From NCBI RefSeq assembly GCF_052425735.1, contig NC_135770.1, positions 7,316,001 to 7,380,000 of the forward strand: 64,000 bases of DNA, in the 5' to 3' direction. The stretch comes from Oculina patagonica. Lineage: Eukaryota. Made by a program: the position numbers and the translations under genes. Every line of letters begins with the position of its first letter. Position 1 is the first letter of the stretch. This document shows, piece by piece, positions 43,690 through 58,388 of the stretch. The notes beneath the pieces are model-generated. The model was not told where the DNA came from, searched no databases, and saw only the letters and a program-made list of their open reading frames with translations.

Positions 43690-46040
43690 TAATCTTACTT
43701 CTGCTAACTTAACTGATGGCACATCTGTCCTGTCTCATATTTTGGGTACATGGCCTAAAGATGAAACATCTGGGCAAACCCTGCAACGAGAATCTGTGTT
43801 GAACATTTTGGAGGTAACCTAACCGCTACTTGAATTGAATTTCAAAAATGACATGAACATTTTCTAAAGAGAACAGTCCAAACTGAAGGTTCCCTCTTGT
43901 CTTTTACCAGTAGAATTAAATTTCCAAAATGACATCATGAATATTTCTTACAATAGCAGGTCTGAGAAAGATAAGTTGAAGCAACCAATTCCTTTTTTCA
44001 TCCATGATTAGGTTCGCACTACATAGTATGCTTCTACTAACTTAACAGATGGCACATCTGTCCTGTCCCATTTCTGGTGCGCTGCCGAAAGATGACACAT
44101 CTGGGCAACTACAAGCTTCCACATACTTTGCAATGTGAAACCATGATTAATGAATTGAAGTCCTACATTTCAGAATAGAATTTAGCTACTGTAATCATTT
44201 GTTCTGTATGTATGCGGCCCCAAGATACCAATTTCTATATTGAGAAGTTTATTCCAGAGTCAATTGAAAAAGGGAGCCCCACTATCAATGAAATTAGTAT
44301 GGTTGCAGTTGTTACTTATTGTCAGGTTACGAAGATATTTAATTAATTGGGATGTGCTGATACTTTCATGCTTTTTTCCATTGCAACATGCTTTTAATGA
44401 CAAATGAAAAGTGAAAGTATATTGATAGCCTTGGTAGTGAATCTTATAAACCAAAATTGGAACACAAAAGAAGCCACCATTAACTAAATGAGAAGTAAAA
44501 ATAATATGTTTGTATCCTGGTGACAAATTTAATCTCCCAATCTTTATCTTTAACACAAGAAAAAGCCACTCTCAGACATAACACCTCACTACATGTACTG
44601 TACAATAGTATCCAGGTTCAATAAAATGATGTCAATTTAAAACCTTTTTGTGTTTCACCAGTTGAATTACATTTCCAAATGAGACCATGAACATTTTCTA
44701 CAGCAGGAAGTCTGAGTAGGGTAAATTTCAAGCAATCATTTCCTTTTTATCCATTATCAGGTTCACACTACATTGTATGCTTCTGCTAACTTAACAGATG
44801 GCACATCTGTCCTGTCCCATTTCTGGTGCGCTGCCGAAAGATGACACATCTGGGCAACTACAAGCTTCCACATACTTTGCAATGTGAAACCATGATTAAT
44901 GAATTGAAGTCCTACATTTCAGAATATAGTTATTTCAGCTACTGTAATCATTTGTTCTGTATGCGGCCCCAGATACCAATTCCTATATTAAAGAGTTTAT
45001 TCCAGAGTCGATTTAAAAAGGGAGCACCACTATCAATAAATATGGTTGCAATTGTTACGTGACCGGTACTCATTCTCAGGTTACAAAGATATTTGATCAA
45101 TTGGGATGTGCTGATACTTTCATGCCATGTTTCCATTGCAACATGCTTTTAATGACAAATGAAAAATAAAAAAATGTTGGTAGCCTTAGTAATGAATCTC
45201 ATAAGCAAAAATTGGAACACAAAAGAAGCCACCATAAATTAAAAGAGAAGTAAAAAAAAATTGTATCCTAGGTGACAAATCTTCCAATCTTAATCTGTAA
45301 AACAAGAAAAAGCCACTCTTAGACATAACACCTCACTACATGTACTGAACAATAGTATCCAGGTTCAATAAAATGATGTCAATTTAAAACCTCCTTGTCT
45401 TTCACCAAATGAGATCATGAGAAAAGTAAATTTCAAGCAATATGCCTTTTATATCCATTATCAGGTTCACACTACATTGTATGCTTCTGCTGACTTAACA
45501 GATGGCACATCTGTCCTGTCCCATTTCTGGTGCGCTGCCGAAAGATGACACATCTGGGCAACTACAAGCTTCCACATACTTTGCAATGTGAAACCATGAT
45601 TAATGAATTGAAGTCCTACATTTCAAGAGTGAATTCAGCTACTGCAATAATTTGTTTTGTATGCAGTCCCCAGATACCAATTTTCATATTGAAGGCTGAG
45701 TTTATTCCAGAGTCAAATTAAAAAGGTTTACTATGATATTTCATTAAATGAGGTGTGCTGATACTTTCATGCTATTTTTCCATTACAACACTGTTTTAAT
45801 GGCAAATGGAAAGTAAAGATATGTTGGTTGCCTTAGTAATGAATCTCCTAAACCAAAATTGTAACACAAAAAAGAGCCACCATAAATTAAATGAGAAGAA
45901 AAAAAAAATATTTGTGTATCCTAGGTGACAAATCTCCTTATCTTAAATCTGTAACACAAGAAAGAGCCACTCTTAGACATAGTACCTCACTACTATATAA
46001 TTCTATCCCAGTTCAATAAAATGATGTCAATTAAAATCCT
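43690..46040. repeat. ~700-750 bp internal tandem repeat (3 copies + 1 partial)
   Basis: gatggcacatctgtcctgtc anchor in units starting near 43697, 44028, 44777 and 45481. Confidence 0.9.
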
Positions 46041-48272
46041 TCTTTTGTTTTACTTGTTGAAGGAAATTAAAGTTCAGCATGGCCCATAATTTTTCACCTC
46101 TTTAAGGAATGCCTTTCCATTGGCATCTACTTTTTGAAATTCTTACCAAAATTAATTTCGATCAAGTGCCACTATAAACTTCTAGTAAAATTTTAAGTCA
46201 AGAAATATTCCAAATATCTAACATAAATCTGAAAATTTCCTCTTGTCTGGCATGTGTAACATTATCCATTTTGTAAGATTAAAACCTACCACATGAAAAT
46301 TTGGATACTTTAAATTGTAGGTGTTTTGAGTAATTGACATTAGTGTTGTTGATTACAAAAATCAAGGTTCATTCCACATTATGTCCTCACAAGTGCCCTT
46401 TGCATTAAAGCTCATTTTGCATGGACCAATATTTTTAGATTCTTATACGTTTGGTTACAAGTTTCAATATGTTGTTCTTTTTGAGTCCCAAAATGATTTC
46501 ATTAAGCAATTAGGAGTTTGCAATATGATTAGCTGATTGTGTATACATGTACATATTTGAATCATTACTGTATGCTCAATGCACACAACACCTGAATTTT
46601 CTAAACTGAAAGAGCCATTCTTAGTATAGTGTAGTAGAATGACAGAATACTGAACAGCCTAGGTACTCATGCAAACAATCAGATGCACTACTTAAAACTG
46701 ACTTACAGGAAAAATGCTTTGCATTCAACAAACAATGCTGTTATGTTACCTTTCAATTATTAGCCTAATTTGTAGTCTCCAAGGGTTTTTTGAGCAATAA
46801 TTATAGAAGTCTCTCATAACATGGATATTTCTTGAGCAACAGCCAAAATGGCTTTGTGTCCTTCATTGTTCTATAAAATTATGTAAAACATCTGCCTAAT
46901 GTTGGATCATTAATATCAAGGGTTCAAGTCTGGATTCTGCTTGATTCAGCTCCTAATAATTTTTCATCTTGTGTAAAGCACTTTTAAGTGTTGTTACACA
47001 ATGAAACATAAAAATGAAACAATAAAATGTTGCATAAGTTTCGCACTGTTCCACTTGTATCATGTTCTCACTTGTAGTGGGTAAACCGACTATCTTGTTC
47101 TTGACTCTCTTGTTGTTGTTCAGCTTTTCATGAACTCGGCTGTCTTGAAGATTTATTTCATCTTTCCATCTGCAATTAATTAAAAGTTATATTTAAAAAA
47201 TGCTTGAAAAAAAGCTCTGAAATTCGCTTTTCTGACCGAACAGACAAAATGTCTATGGAAAATTAACGCGGCACTGAGGCTAGTGCATTTTCAGTCTAAC
47301 TGAGCCTATTGTTTATAAAGAATACCAGATGAATTTCCAACTTTGGGAATAACTACACTACAGTACACTTCAGGTAAGATTTTTGCACAGCACAATACAT
47401 TAATTACATGTATGCCTGGCATATCTAATGTAACAAATTCTTGCCAAAATTAACCCAATCAAACACCAATCATTCAACTGGGTTCGGGAATCAAACAAAA
47501 ACAAACATCTACATGTATTGTGCTGTAAGTTCGATTATCGAAACAACTGAACAAAATCGAAAGCAATCAAACTCAATCCAAATTGATTTTGTTTGGAATT
47601 CATCTCTTGATAAGTAAATAATGCCAAAGACCCCCAAGAGGCAAGACCATCACCTCACCATCACCTTCTCAAGATGGCCTACCTGGCCTTTAGTGTTTAG
47701 TCTCTTTGAACACTCGTTTTTTGGAACTGATATTCTTCTTAAAATTGCAAAATTCTCCTCCCATATTAACACAAAAACAACATTCATATCCTTTTACAAT
47801 ACATGTACATGTATTTTGATATGTACAGTCTCCTCTCAGGTCTCCCTGATATCCCTTCAGGTTCTTGATGCTCTCAACATTCTCTTTGGTTAACTGAAAG
47901 CTAGCAGTAATTCAACCTTCAGTCAAAAAACCCTCGACTACGTGGTTATTATGCAGATGTGACAATCGTCCTATCAAATCCCTTATTAAAGATTAGGGGG
48001 ATCGTGTGCCATACAAAATATTCGCAAAATGTATAATACTGACTTGTATATTTCTAAAGGCTTTTTTTCATACTTCTATTTTTATCAGTGTTAATATTTA
48101 AACAAAAAAAATCAAACAAACAGGAGTTCGGTATTTGAATGTTCAATTAAGCATGATTGTCGATCGTTCAATTTTGTTCGATGAACCAAATTTTAGTTGA
48201 GTTCGATTTATATGTTCGATTACCCAACCCAATCAAACGATTAGTGGTCGATTATTGAGAGTTCGAGTAGAT

Positions 48273-48768
48273 CCTGGCATATCCAATTGAACGTTCGGTA
48301 ATCGAACCCAATCAAACACCAATCGTTCGATTGGGCTCGGTAATCGAACATAATCGAACTTACAATGAAATTTGGTCAATCAAACAAAATCAAACGTTCG
48401 ATTACCGAACAGTCGACAATCAAACAAAATCGAAAGTTTGATTACCAAACAGTTGACAATCGTACTTAGTTAAAGGTTCGATTACCAAACTCCTGTTTAT
48501 TTTTTATGTGGACATTTTGTATGGTGCACCGTCCCCCTGATTAGTCCTGTGTGATTTACTTATCAAGCAACGGATTCCGAACAAAATCGAATCGGATTTG
48601 TGTGATTGTGGTCGATTGGTTTGATTGATTTGATTGGTTCGAAAATCAAACTCACAGCAAAACAAGATGTTCGATTTTGTTCACGAGTAAGCAAACGCAA
48701 TCGAACGATTGGTGTTCAATTGGGTTCAATTGATTTTTGGTTCGATTTTGTTCGATTGGATACACCGG
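48273..48768. mobile_element. MITE with 8-bp TSD, nested in a related element (47415-48784)
   Basis: cctggcatatccaat / attggatacaccgg, flanked by GAGTAGAT on both sides. Confidence 0.8.
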
Positions 48769-48907
48769 GAGTAGATACGCCAGGATTATCATTAGGTAAG
48801 CAAACAGAATGAAAAGAACGAGTCAGTCAGAAAATTGTATGCATAATTAATACATGGGGTTGCGCGGAAATCCTGCCCAGAGAACAAAGTGAAACCACAT
48901 AGTACAT

Positions 48908-49804
48908 CAGGACGTAACAAATCGATAATTCCGATACTCGATAAAAATCAATAAAAATCGATAAACATTGATAAGTAATTAACTAATTAGTATCGAAAAT
49001 CGATCAAAATCGATGACCCAATTCTTTGTGATTATCGATTTTGATCGATTTCACTACTTAAAGTTCGATTAGTATCGATTACATTCGAAAAGTATCAATC
49101 ACGTTCGATTAGTATCGATTTCAAACGATTTGTATCAATTTCGATCAGAGAAGAAAAGCTACTGTTTTTTTGTGTGTGTGTCCAATGAATCCTGAAGTGT
49201 GACGTTGAAAGAAATGCAGTCGCTTCGCCTTCAAGTTGTTTTGCTAATGGCCAGTCAGGTCAGTTCGGCAACGTTTATTTTCAAACGAAGAATAAAACAT
49301 GGTCAATGCAATCCTATAAAACAAAGAATATCAGAATATGTATACGCGATGTAACCAAAGACGTTCGTCAGCGACACTATTTGTAGACGAAACAACCGGC
49401 TTAATACCCGCAAAGGATTCCATTTTACACTTCATATTAATTACGTTTGTTTGAACAATCTTTTATTTATATGATCAGGTCACATGAACTGATCACATCA
49501 CTTTCAGACTTGACGTTAATTACTATCTTCATTGTAGTTTATGTCTCAATAACAGTAACTTCATATGAAACTGAAAAAACTTATCGTGGAGAGTAGATTG
49601 CCGAGAATTGCACGGAACCTTTTCAAAACACAAAACAACAGTCTTTCACAATCAAAATCGATAATCCACTCCCAAATCGTGTGATTATCGATTTTGATCG
49701 ATTTTCGATACTAATTAGTTGATCATTTATCGAAAAATATCGAATAATATCGATTAATCGATTAGGTTTCCGATGATCGATTTCGATCGATTTGTTACGT
49801 CCTG
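48908..49804. mobile_element. MITE with 7-bp TSD (P-element-like) and atcgat subrepeats
   Basis: caggacgtaacaaatcgat / atcgatttgttacgtcctg, flanked by AGTACAT. Confidence 0.85.
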
Positions 49805-52800
49805 AGTACATACATGTAAGCTTAAATTGGAGGCGAACCGACCAGAAACCAGTCGATCGACATGCAGGAATCCTTAGGAATGGTTTTAGGTCTATTTAAT
49901 AGTTCCAATACACCTATACGAAAATTATTGTTATGCACATAATGACAACTCACCCATAAAAATTTGCTTTAGTGAGTATATTTATGCTGTTGCTTGCTAT
50001 TTCTCCGCAATTCCCGCCAAGGCATCAAGCTTTCCGCGCCACGGAAAAGTCGAATGTGTAACCACGTCTTGTCGTTCCCAGGTCTTTGGCAATGCGCTGG
50101 GGCACCGGGCCTCCTGTCCCAGACTCCCTCACTTTGTTTTTGAAAAGGTATGTTCAAACGACTTTCACGGTTGCAACGGAAAATGAGGGCAGCTACGAAA
50201 ATACGTGTTCTTCGATCTTCAGACGAACCTATATGTACATGGTGGAGTTGAGTAAAGCTGGTTCCTTCAAGCGCAAAAACGCTTCTTCGCAATTAGTTGG
50301 GAGAGTGCGTGTAATCATCTACGTAGGTACAGGAACCATGTTACTATGTATTCAGATGTATTTGGTTGGAGTTCGTGCTCGAGTTGCCGGTCTACATGAT
50401 TGCACAATGTAGTTGAGCGGACAAGTACTTCAGCTAATTAAAAAGACGCGAATATACGTTCTGAAACCTTAAGAGTAAGTATAAGTCTTAAATGCTACAT
50501 AATAATAGCTAAAACTGAGTTGCACGTAGTAGCTTTGGTTAGTGCGAGTTCATAAAATTGTGAGCTTTCTACATGATCTGCACATGATCGTGAGGTGCGG
50601 ATTTTGGCGGGCTATTTGTGTTTAAGCTTTTATTGTAATGATTATGAAGTATTTGCTGAATATTGTACCGTGTTTGGACGCTTTTGGGGCCTTTTAAGCA
50701 ACAAAAAAAGTTGTATAATAATCTGTATACAGGTACACATAGCAGACAAGTACATGTACAGTGTCAGTTGTTTATAACATGTACCGGTACATACCACATG
50801 CCTTTGGGATGATCAGAAAATTAACAGTGAACCGAGATCAATTTAATCATGGTGCATCAAAGGAGCAAGCGAATCCAATCCGGGCAAGGATTTGCCAGTT
50901 CGTTTGATGCACCATGTTCTGAGTGAGCTTGGATCATTGACTGTAAGATTTTTTCAGATCACCCCAAAGTATTGTTCCTTCAGTTGAACAACAGATTTGC
51001 CTTTTTTGTTTTGGGTGATCAAGGGTGGGAGCTTATTGGAAACAGGGCACTTATTAGAAATAAGGTGTTTTTTTTTTCTTCAAAATATTAACTTACGAAT
51101 TTGCTAGATAAAATTCTGAAAATGTTAGCCGTGGGCATACTGTATAATACATTCCAGCATCCCTTTAAAGAGGGATTTATATATCTGTACTGGAAGGGGG
51201 GTTATTTTGAGATGGAAAATGTGTTTCAAACCTTTTGATGGGTTACTTCATGTATTACTAAATTGTTTTGGTGCTTACAAGATACCAATGCACGATTCCC
51301 TCAATAGCGCGTACCTGCAGGAAATCACGGTAGTTGTAGTCATCAAGCCATGCGCAAGACTTAGCAACGATGCACATTGTTATTAGTCCCGCACATGGTT
51401 TGATGAATACAACTACTGTGAGTCCCTTCAGGTGTGCGCTAAATAGGGAATCAACCATTAATAAAATGAGACACTGTGAATCCTGACCTGAAAAAAATTC
51501 AGTGGCTCAGGTGGGACAATCCACAACCTTGGGGTTACATGTCCACTGCACTACCATTTGAGCTACAAAGCCACAGATTGGAACAGCACATGAGTGAACC
51601 TCATATGATCTTACATGTGATTGTCCACTTGTAAGATCATAATATTGGAAATCAAGATAATTTTTGAAAATTTTCCAAAGAGAGGATTTTTGTGCCCTTG
51701 CATAATTTGTGTCCCTACCTGCAGCAACCTGTCCCTCTTACCTAGCATTCCCTTTGCATAGAAAAAGTGTGGTTCTGGGGACAGTCACACAATTTTATTT
51801 AACAACGTTTAAGGAAAGTTAAACCAATTTAAATTGTAGACTATCCTATAACAAAGAAGTTTTAAAACAGTTGAATTAACTAGCTAGATTCAAACTGTTT
51901 TTGTAAAAATCTTGCCAATCAAATCATACTTGTATGTACCCAGGACCTTAGACCATGTTAGAATATCCTACAATTTTAAGTGTCCATAAAATACCTTCTC
52001 TATTATTATTAGCTACATTTGTATCTCAAACTATTTTATCTTTCCCTAGGGAGTTTCCTTATCCTTATCCTATTCAGCCCATTTATAGGACTTTAGAAAG
52101 TTTAGTTCACACCATTTATTGGTAGACTTTCAATAACTCTTGTTTACAAGTCATTATTTGGGATTGGTAGTGTGGTAACTTTTTTCTTGACTTTCCTTTC
52201 CAGAAAAAGAACTGACGAATCAAAGCCCTTCAAGAGGAGAGGATTATTATCATTAAGTGTCAACCATGTTTTCCAAAGAAGAAAAAAAGGGAACCCATGA
52301 AGTATTTGAGAACTAATAACCGGTATATGTTGTTAGAACATTTTACTGTTTGTCTGGGCACAAAACGGTGATGATGACTAGTTTGGCTCAGACACTAAGA
52401 AAATAATTATTGTACAGTAGTACTTTACCATGGACAGAAACTTTAGTTAGTTGTACAAAGCAAAAACGAAAACTTTGCAAAGGAGAAAAAAATAGGTTTA
52501 AGGTAGCCCTCTGTCTGCAAAGCCTGTGTTGCAGACAAACTTAACCCTGGTAACATGTAGTCTGCCTGCGCTGTGGCCCCCTGAAGCTTGTTCCAATATC
52601 CCACAGGTTTCCAAGTATCTGTGTATTCATTTCTGATTGGCTAGTTTCATATTACTTTCAAAATCAAACCTGTTCACACAAGACACGCTAAGCTAAAAAT
52701 AATTTTATTTTGCATGAGCAAATGAAAACAGTCAATGTACTCGGTGAAATCCAGTCAATTGATCAAAAGCTAGTAAATCTGCAGCCGGATCAACCTTGTT

Positions 52801-53984
52801 CCCAGGGTCGCTCTCCCCCTGCACAAGGTTGTAAAGTTCTGGATACTGCGTTGATAAGAAAAAAAGGCAAGGACATCTGCTGGAGTAGTGTTTAATCTAA
52901 CAATTTTATTTCTTTTTGGACAGCTTTTATAACACAGACAGATTTTATTTTCCAGAATAAATATGGAGGGTTTTATAATAAATTATTTATTATTATCAAT
53001 CAGAGGTACCGTATTCGAAAATAAGAGATTTCCCATAACGTGTTGACAATTGATGGATGCTTTGTGACCTCCAAGAAACTCCTGCAGCCAGCTTCCAGTT
53101 TATTTCGAAGATCTCGGACATTCTACTTGTACAAGAAAAACAAAAAGGACTGTCTGCGTTTTCGCTAAACAGAAGCACATTTAAGAATAATTCAACAGTA
53201 ATATGAAATTAGGAAATGAGTAGACAGATGTACTTGTAAACCTGTGGGATATCGAAACAAGCTTCTGGTTGCCATTGTGCAGACAGACTTTATCAAGGAT
53301 TTTGTGACACTGTCTGGCTGCAACACAGGCTATTACTAGAATCTTCAGAACTACAAATGTACATTATGTTAAAGTTTTACAGTCAAAAAGAAGCCAAGAA
53401 TTTTCTTCCATAGAGTAATAAGTTTATAAGGCTCATTTGATGTTTTGTGTTCCAAATTTCCAAATGCATATTAAGGTAACAGAACTGGCTTTATAAGAAA
53501 ATTGCAATACAGCATGTTTGTTCCCTGCTCAGTGCTGGAACTAATATTCTGAACAAACATATTAGAAAATTGGTCAGGCATCAATTCGCATTTCAAATCA
53601 AACACTTTGATTTATTTGATTGGACAATGTCTGATGACCGACAGTAATTTATAGCACTGCTGCTAGTTATTTGGCAATATTTCACATTAAAGAGACTTTC
53701 GTCTTTATTAAGGTGATCAATATAACCGTATACTCTAGCAAGGAACACTTGGTCCATTTTGACTGCAAATCGATAACTTGTATATAAATGCGTGGCATTT
53801 ATTTTGCACTTGGTTTCTGAGAGAACAGAATAACTATGCATTTTTGTCTGGGATATGGGATACATGTAGGTCAGATAAATATTGTGCTTGGAATCTATGT
53901 TTCCTTTTTTATATGTATAAGTCAAATTGCATTAAGTGATTATCATTCAGTATAATTGTTAAATGTCAGTATAAAGTATGTAAA

Positions 53985-54205
53985 TGTGCTACTCCCCCTG
54001 GATGGGATGCTAGTCCATTGCATGCCCACCCCCCCCCCCTCCCCCCGCTGTAAATTCGACGGAACCCATTTATGTGCCTGGGTTGAGAGAGGCACAGTGA
54101 GAGTAAAGTGTCGTACCCGAAAACACAAGCGCCCAGCGATGGCCCAAACCCAGGCCATTAGACCCAGAGTCGAGTGCGCTTACCATTGGGATACCATGCC
54201 TTCCA
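53985..54205 (-). mobile_element. tRNA-derived SINE (degenerate)
   Basis: Degenerate A/B-box head on the minus strand (tggtaagcgcactcgactc, ctgggtttgggcc), followed by ctttactctcactgtgcctctctc. Confidence 0.6.
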
Positions 54206-54449
54206 CAATGTCAATATGTCAATAGAAAGCATTAAATTTAAATCATTAATCTAGATTAATTTTGTACCTGGATTTGGTAGATGCAGCTTACTATACATGT
54301 AATTGGTTAAAAAATCTTTTGTTATTTATTGCACTCAAAAAGTACAATTTATAGTCATGCTATTTGCTTTTCTTTACTTTGAAGAACAGCTACATTGCTC
54401 AGTTTCAAATAAATGTAGTTAACGTTTGTAAACTGTTGTTTTTCCAGTA

Positions 54450-55400
54450 CTTAGTAAGTAAAAATGGCCATCAGCTTTGCATTTGTGGTGAATGTGAAGC
54501 ATATATGGCATTTGTTTTCAGGGCAAATATGAGCAAATTCGTGCAAATGCAGAAATTACCCCATATTTGCTACCCTGCCGTTTATGGTACGAATGTGTTC
54601 TTTCAATACATTTACTGTGCGCGTTAAGACATCGAAAATGTGTTCATTTACGTAACATTTGCCAGTATTGGCAAAAAGCGAGTAAAAACGGCCATTACGG
54701 GCGTTGCATTAGTGGTGAATGTGAAGCAAATACGACATTTGTTTTCAGAGCAAAAATGAGCAAATTCGTGCAAATACAGAAATTACCCCATATTTGCTAC
54801 CCTGCCGTTTGTGGTACAAATGTGTACTTTCAACACAAATTTACTGTGCGCGTAAATACATTGCAAATGTGTTCATTTGCGTAACATTTGCCCGTATTAG
54901 CAAACGGCTAGTAAAAACGGCCATTACCGGTGTTGCGCTAGTGGTGAATGTGAAGTAAATATTACATTTGTTCTCAGACCAAAAATGAGCAAATTTGTGC
55001 AAATACAGAAATTACCCCATATTTGCTACCCTACCGTTTGTGGTACAAATGTGTACTTTCAACACAAATTTACTGTGCGCGTAAATACATTGCAAATGTG
55101 TTCATTTGCGTAACATTTGCCCGTATTAGCAAACGGCTAGTAAAAACGGCCATTACCGGCGTTGCGCTAGTGGTGAATGTGAAGTAAATATTACATTTGT
55201 TCTCAGACCAAAAATGAGCAAATTTGTGCAAATACAGAAATTACCCCATATTTGCTACCCTACCGTTTGTGGTACAAATGTGTACTTTCAACACAAATTT
55301 ACTGTACGCGTAAAGACATTGCAAATGTGTTCTTTTACGCTACATTTCCCTGTATTACAAACAGCTAGTAAAAACGGCCATTACCGGCGTTGCACCTTCA
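54450..55400. repeat. Right subterminal ~235-bp tandem repeat (about 4 copies)
   Basis: gagcaaatt.gtgcaaat.cagaaattaccccatatttgctaccct recurs four times. Confidence 0.9.
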
Positions 55401-55528
55401 GTAAATATGGTGCCAAATATGAAATTTGCTTCGGAACAAAGTTGGTCAAAGTTAAGCAAATGTGGCCTTTACGACATATTTGCTACAGATTTGCTAACCG
55501 CGAAAATCTATTTTTTCGTCCAGTGCTA

Positions 55529-56704
55529 AGCATGTCTTTATTCCTTGTGTTATAGCTATGAATGTCCCTGTTAGCTAGTAACTCCATAGAGTGATTCATA
55601 AGTCCATTTATACACTTATAAACGTATATACAGCGATGATAAAATCTACGTTGTTCTAGGTTAAGGCACTTTAAAGCTACGAGGGCATCAGAAGCTGACG
55701 AATAAAGTGGTCTGTCCAGGATGATTTTCGCGGCTTTGTTTTGTAAAACCTGTAGGTCATTCATAAGCTCCACATTGTTCTTGTCGCCCCACACAAGATC
55801 AGCATAATCAAAAATTGGTAAAACAAGGCTGTTGTAGAAAAGTAGGCGAGCGGTGAAAGGTAACAAATGTTTGATCCTACGTAAAAGACCAAGTCGCTGA
55901 TTTACTTTAGAAGTTACATACTCTACATGATCAGACCATGTGAAGTCTGAGGCCAGCTTAATCCCTAAATATTTAAACGTACTAACACTATCTAATTTAC
56001 AATCAAAAATAGATAGAGACATTGAGGAAATATTTACTAATTTTCTGTTGCCACCGATTAACATGGATTTTGTCTATGTAAGGTTCAGTGTAAGTTTGTT
56101 CGCTTTTAGCCACATTGCTACGTTGCAAAGATCTGCGTTTAATTTGCTCTCCAGCTGGTGCGGTTCTTTTGAAAAGCAGTAAAGAACAGTATCGTCAGCG
56201 TACAATGACACCTCGGAGTGTTCAATAACAGCAGGTAGCTCATTGATGTACACAAGGAACAATAACGGTCCCAAGATACTTCCTTGTGGAACACCGAAAG
56301 TAACGGGAAGGGCTTCGGATAAATTATTTTCACAAGAAGTTTACTGTTTGCGATTTCTAAGGTACGAAGCAAACCACTCCAAAGACCTGGGGGAGACTCC
56401 AACTGATGACAATTTGCATTGGACATCAAAATCCCGTGATCGACTGTATCGAACGCCTTTGTAAGATCCAGAAATACGGCACCACAGATGTTCCCTCTTT
56501 CCATGTTTAATAAGACTTCATCGGCAAAACCAGACAATGCAGTGGCTGTTGAACGTTTGGACCGGAAACCGAACTGCTTGTTTGAAAGTAAATTGTTTGA
56601 GTCCAGGTGTTCGTACAGTTGGGAGTGGATTACTCTTTCTAAGATCTTGCTGAGAGTGGGCAGTATTGAGATCGGACGATAATTTGTTGCATTTGTTCGG
56701 TCAC
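55529..56704 (-). mobile_element. CR1/L2-group LINE, 5'-truncated RT region (upstream part of the split element)
   Basis: [43 protein letters not shown] motifs, with frameshifts. Confidence 0.92.
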
Positions 56705-58388
56705 AATTAAATTTGCGTTATTAAGTTTAAATTTTGTCTCTCTTTCGTCCGCCATTTTGTTTGTTCAAGATGTATTTTTCATGAGGCTGTTGTCAATTAC
56801 ACCGTTTTGCACTGCTAATTACACGTTTTGCACTGCCAATTACACTTTTTGCACTGCCAATTACAATTTTTGCACTGGTTTGGGATAAATTGACGTGTTC
56901 TTAGTCAATCAGAATGGAGAAATTGCTGCTTGTATATTATTATAACTGTTATCCACCTGCATTGATTTGTAAGTAATTGTGGTTGTGGTTGTAAAAGATG
57001 AACTACGTTATAACCAATCGTGCTTTTTAAAACGTGTGTGCATACGTTAGCAAAGACTTCTTGATGATATCAAACACTTCTGTTATTTTGCGTTAATAGA
57101 ATTGCATTTTAAAATATTATTGGACCCAAGTTCTGTTCTACTCGTCTCCGTAGATTTTGTTTACTGTAATATACTGTAATATACTGACGATATAATACCA
57201 GTCCCCCAATATTGCTGGTTCCATCAGGTTTTATAAAAAGCTTCCTTCGGCCAACCAAACTGGTATTTCCAGACAAAAGTGGGTGAAACTAAAAAAAAAA
57301 AAACAGACCGGCTCTTGCAGATTGTTTATAAATATTCTATTCCCTCTCCCTGACATGTATACTGACAAACCGGTATTGGTAAATATGTGAGCATTTTTGT
57401 AAGAATTTTCGAAAAATTGTCCTCGTCTCGTAAGCGAATTAAATAAAGGTGTCCTAGAATTTGTGCTACATAATATTCCGTGAAGAGTTTTTTTGTGGGC
57501 ATAGCTCTTTTACTACTGTCGGCGGCCCCAGGTTGCGAATTATTCGAGAGGATCACTTTTAGCGGGACGACAGACACTTAGTAAGTGTTATTCCAGCTTA
57601 AAATCTCTTTGAATAAAACGATTGCCGATTGATTACTTCTTGCTTATTTATTAATAATATCCGATTTAAAGAACGGTATCACGAGTTTTAGCTCAGTAAG
57701 TTTAGACATGAGAAAATGGCCACCAAATTTGCGTGAAATATTATTTTATTAAATACTTACAACAATATTACATTAAGTACTTACAATACTATCATATATA
57801 TTATAACTTAAATCAGCGTAGGAACATTTTTACTCACAGCACGATAATAATAAAAAGAAGGTACGGATGAACGAATATTTAAAAATATTAACAAGCATGC
57901 ATTGCGATATCCGTTGATATAAAAGAAGACTGATTGGTAAACAGTTTTCAAAGTCAACGTCGTTTGTTTGTAACTTTAAATTATAACACCCGGGAGATAT
58001 TTTTGTTTGCAATAAAGTTATGGTTTTGTCTCAGTTTAGATCCATATAAGTAATTTCCTCGCTAATATTAAGTTTCATAGCAAGTATTTGGCAAAACTTA
58101 GCAAAATAGACTAAACGGCTCAGCCGTGACACAGTCCCTTGAAATCAAGATTCTCGAATGCTGCAAAACTATTACGAGCTGTCTTGTTATTATCGACAAA
58201 GCTCCGTCAGAAATTAGAGTGAAAACATTATATATTAAGTAGTTCAAACTTCACGCAGGTGTTTTGCATAATGTTTAGATTCACGTAAGTGTTTTAATAG
58301 TCGTTCCAACACTGCAAACAAACTGTCACCCTGTCGACATGTCATTACAGAAAGTATGATTTATCTGATCGCTTAAAAATGGAGTAAG

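Larger units (their letters stand above)
41835..55525. mobile_element. 13.7-kb CACTA/EnSpm-type DNA transposon, apparently non-autonomous
   Basis: TIR CACTGGACGAAAAA / TTTTTCGTCCAGTG, 3-bp TSD CTA, subterminal repeat arrays at both ends. Removing it restores the LINE frame KDML-RLPHV. Confidence 0.9.

Noticed and set aside
42016-55555. Repeated short ORFs (MRCRKMTHLGNYK..., MSKFVQIQKLPHIC...) in the CACTA-like element
   Set aside because: They are by-products of tandem and subterminal DNA repeats, with stops and frames that vary between units.
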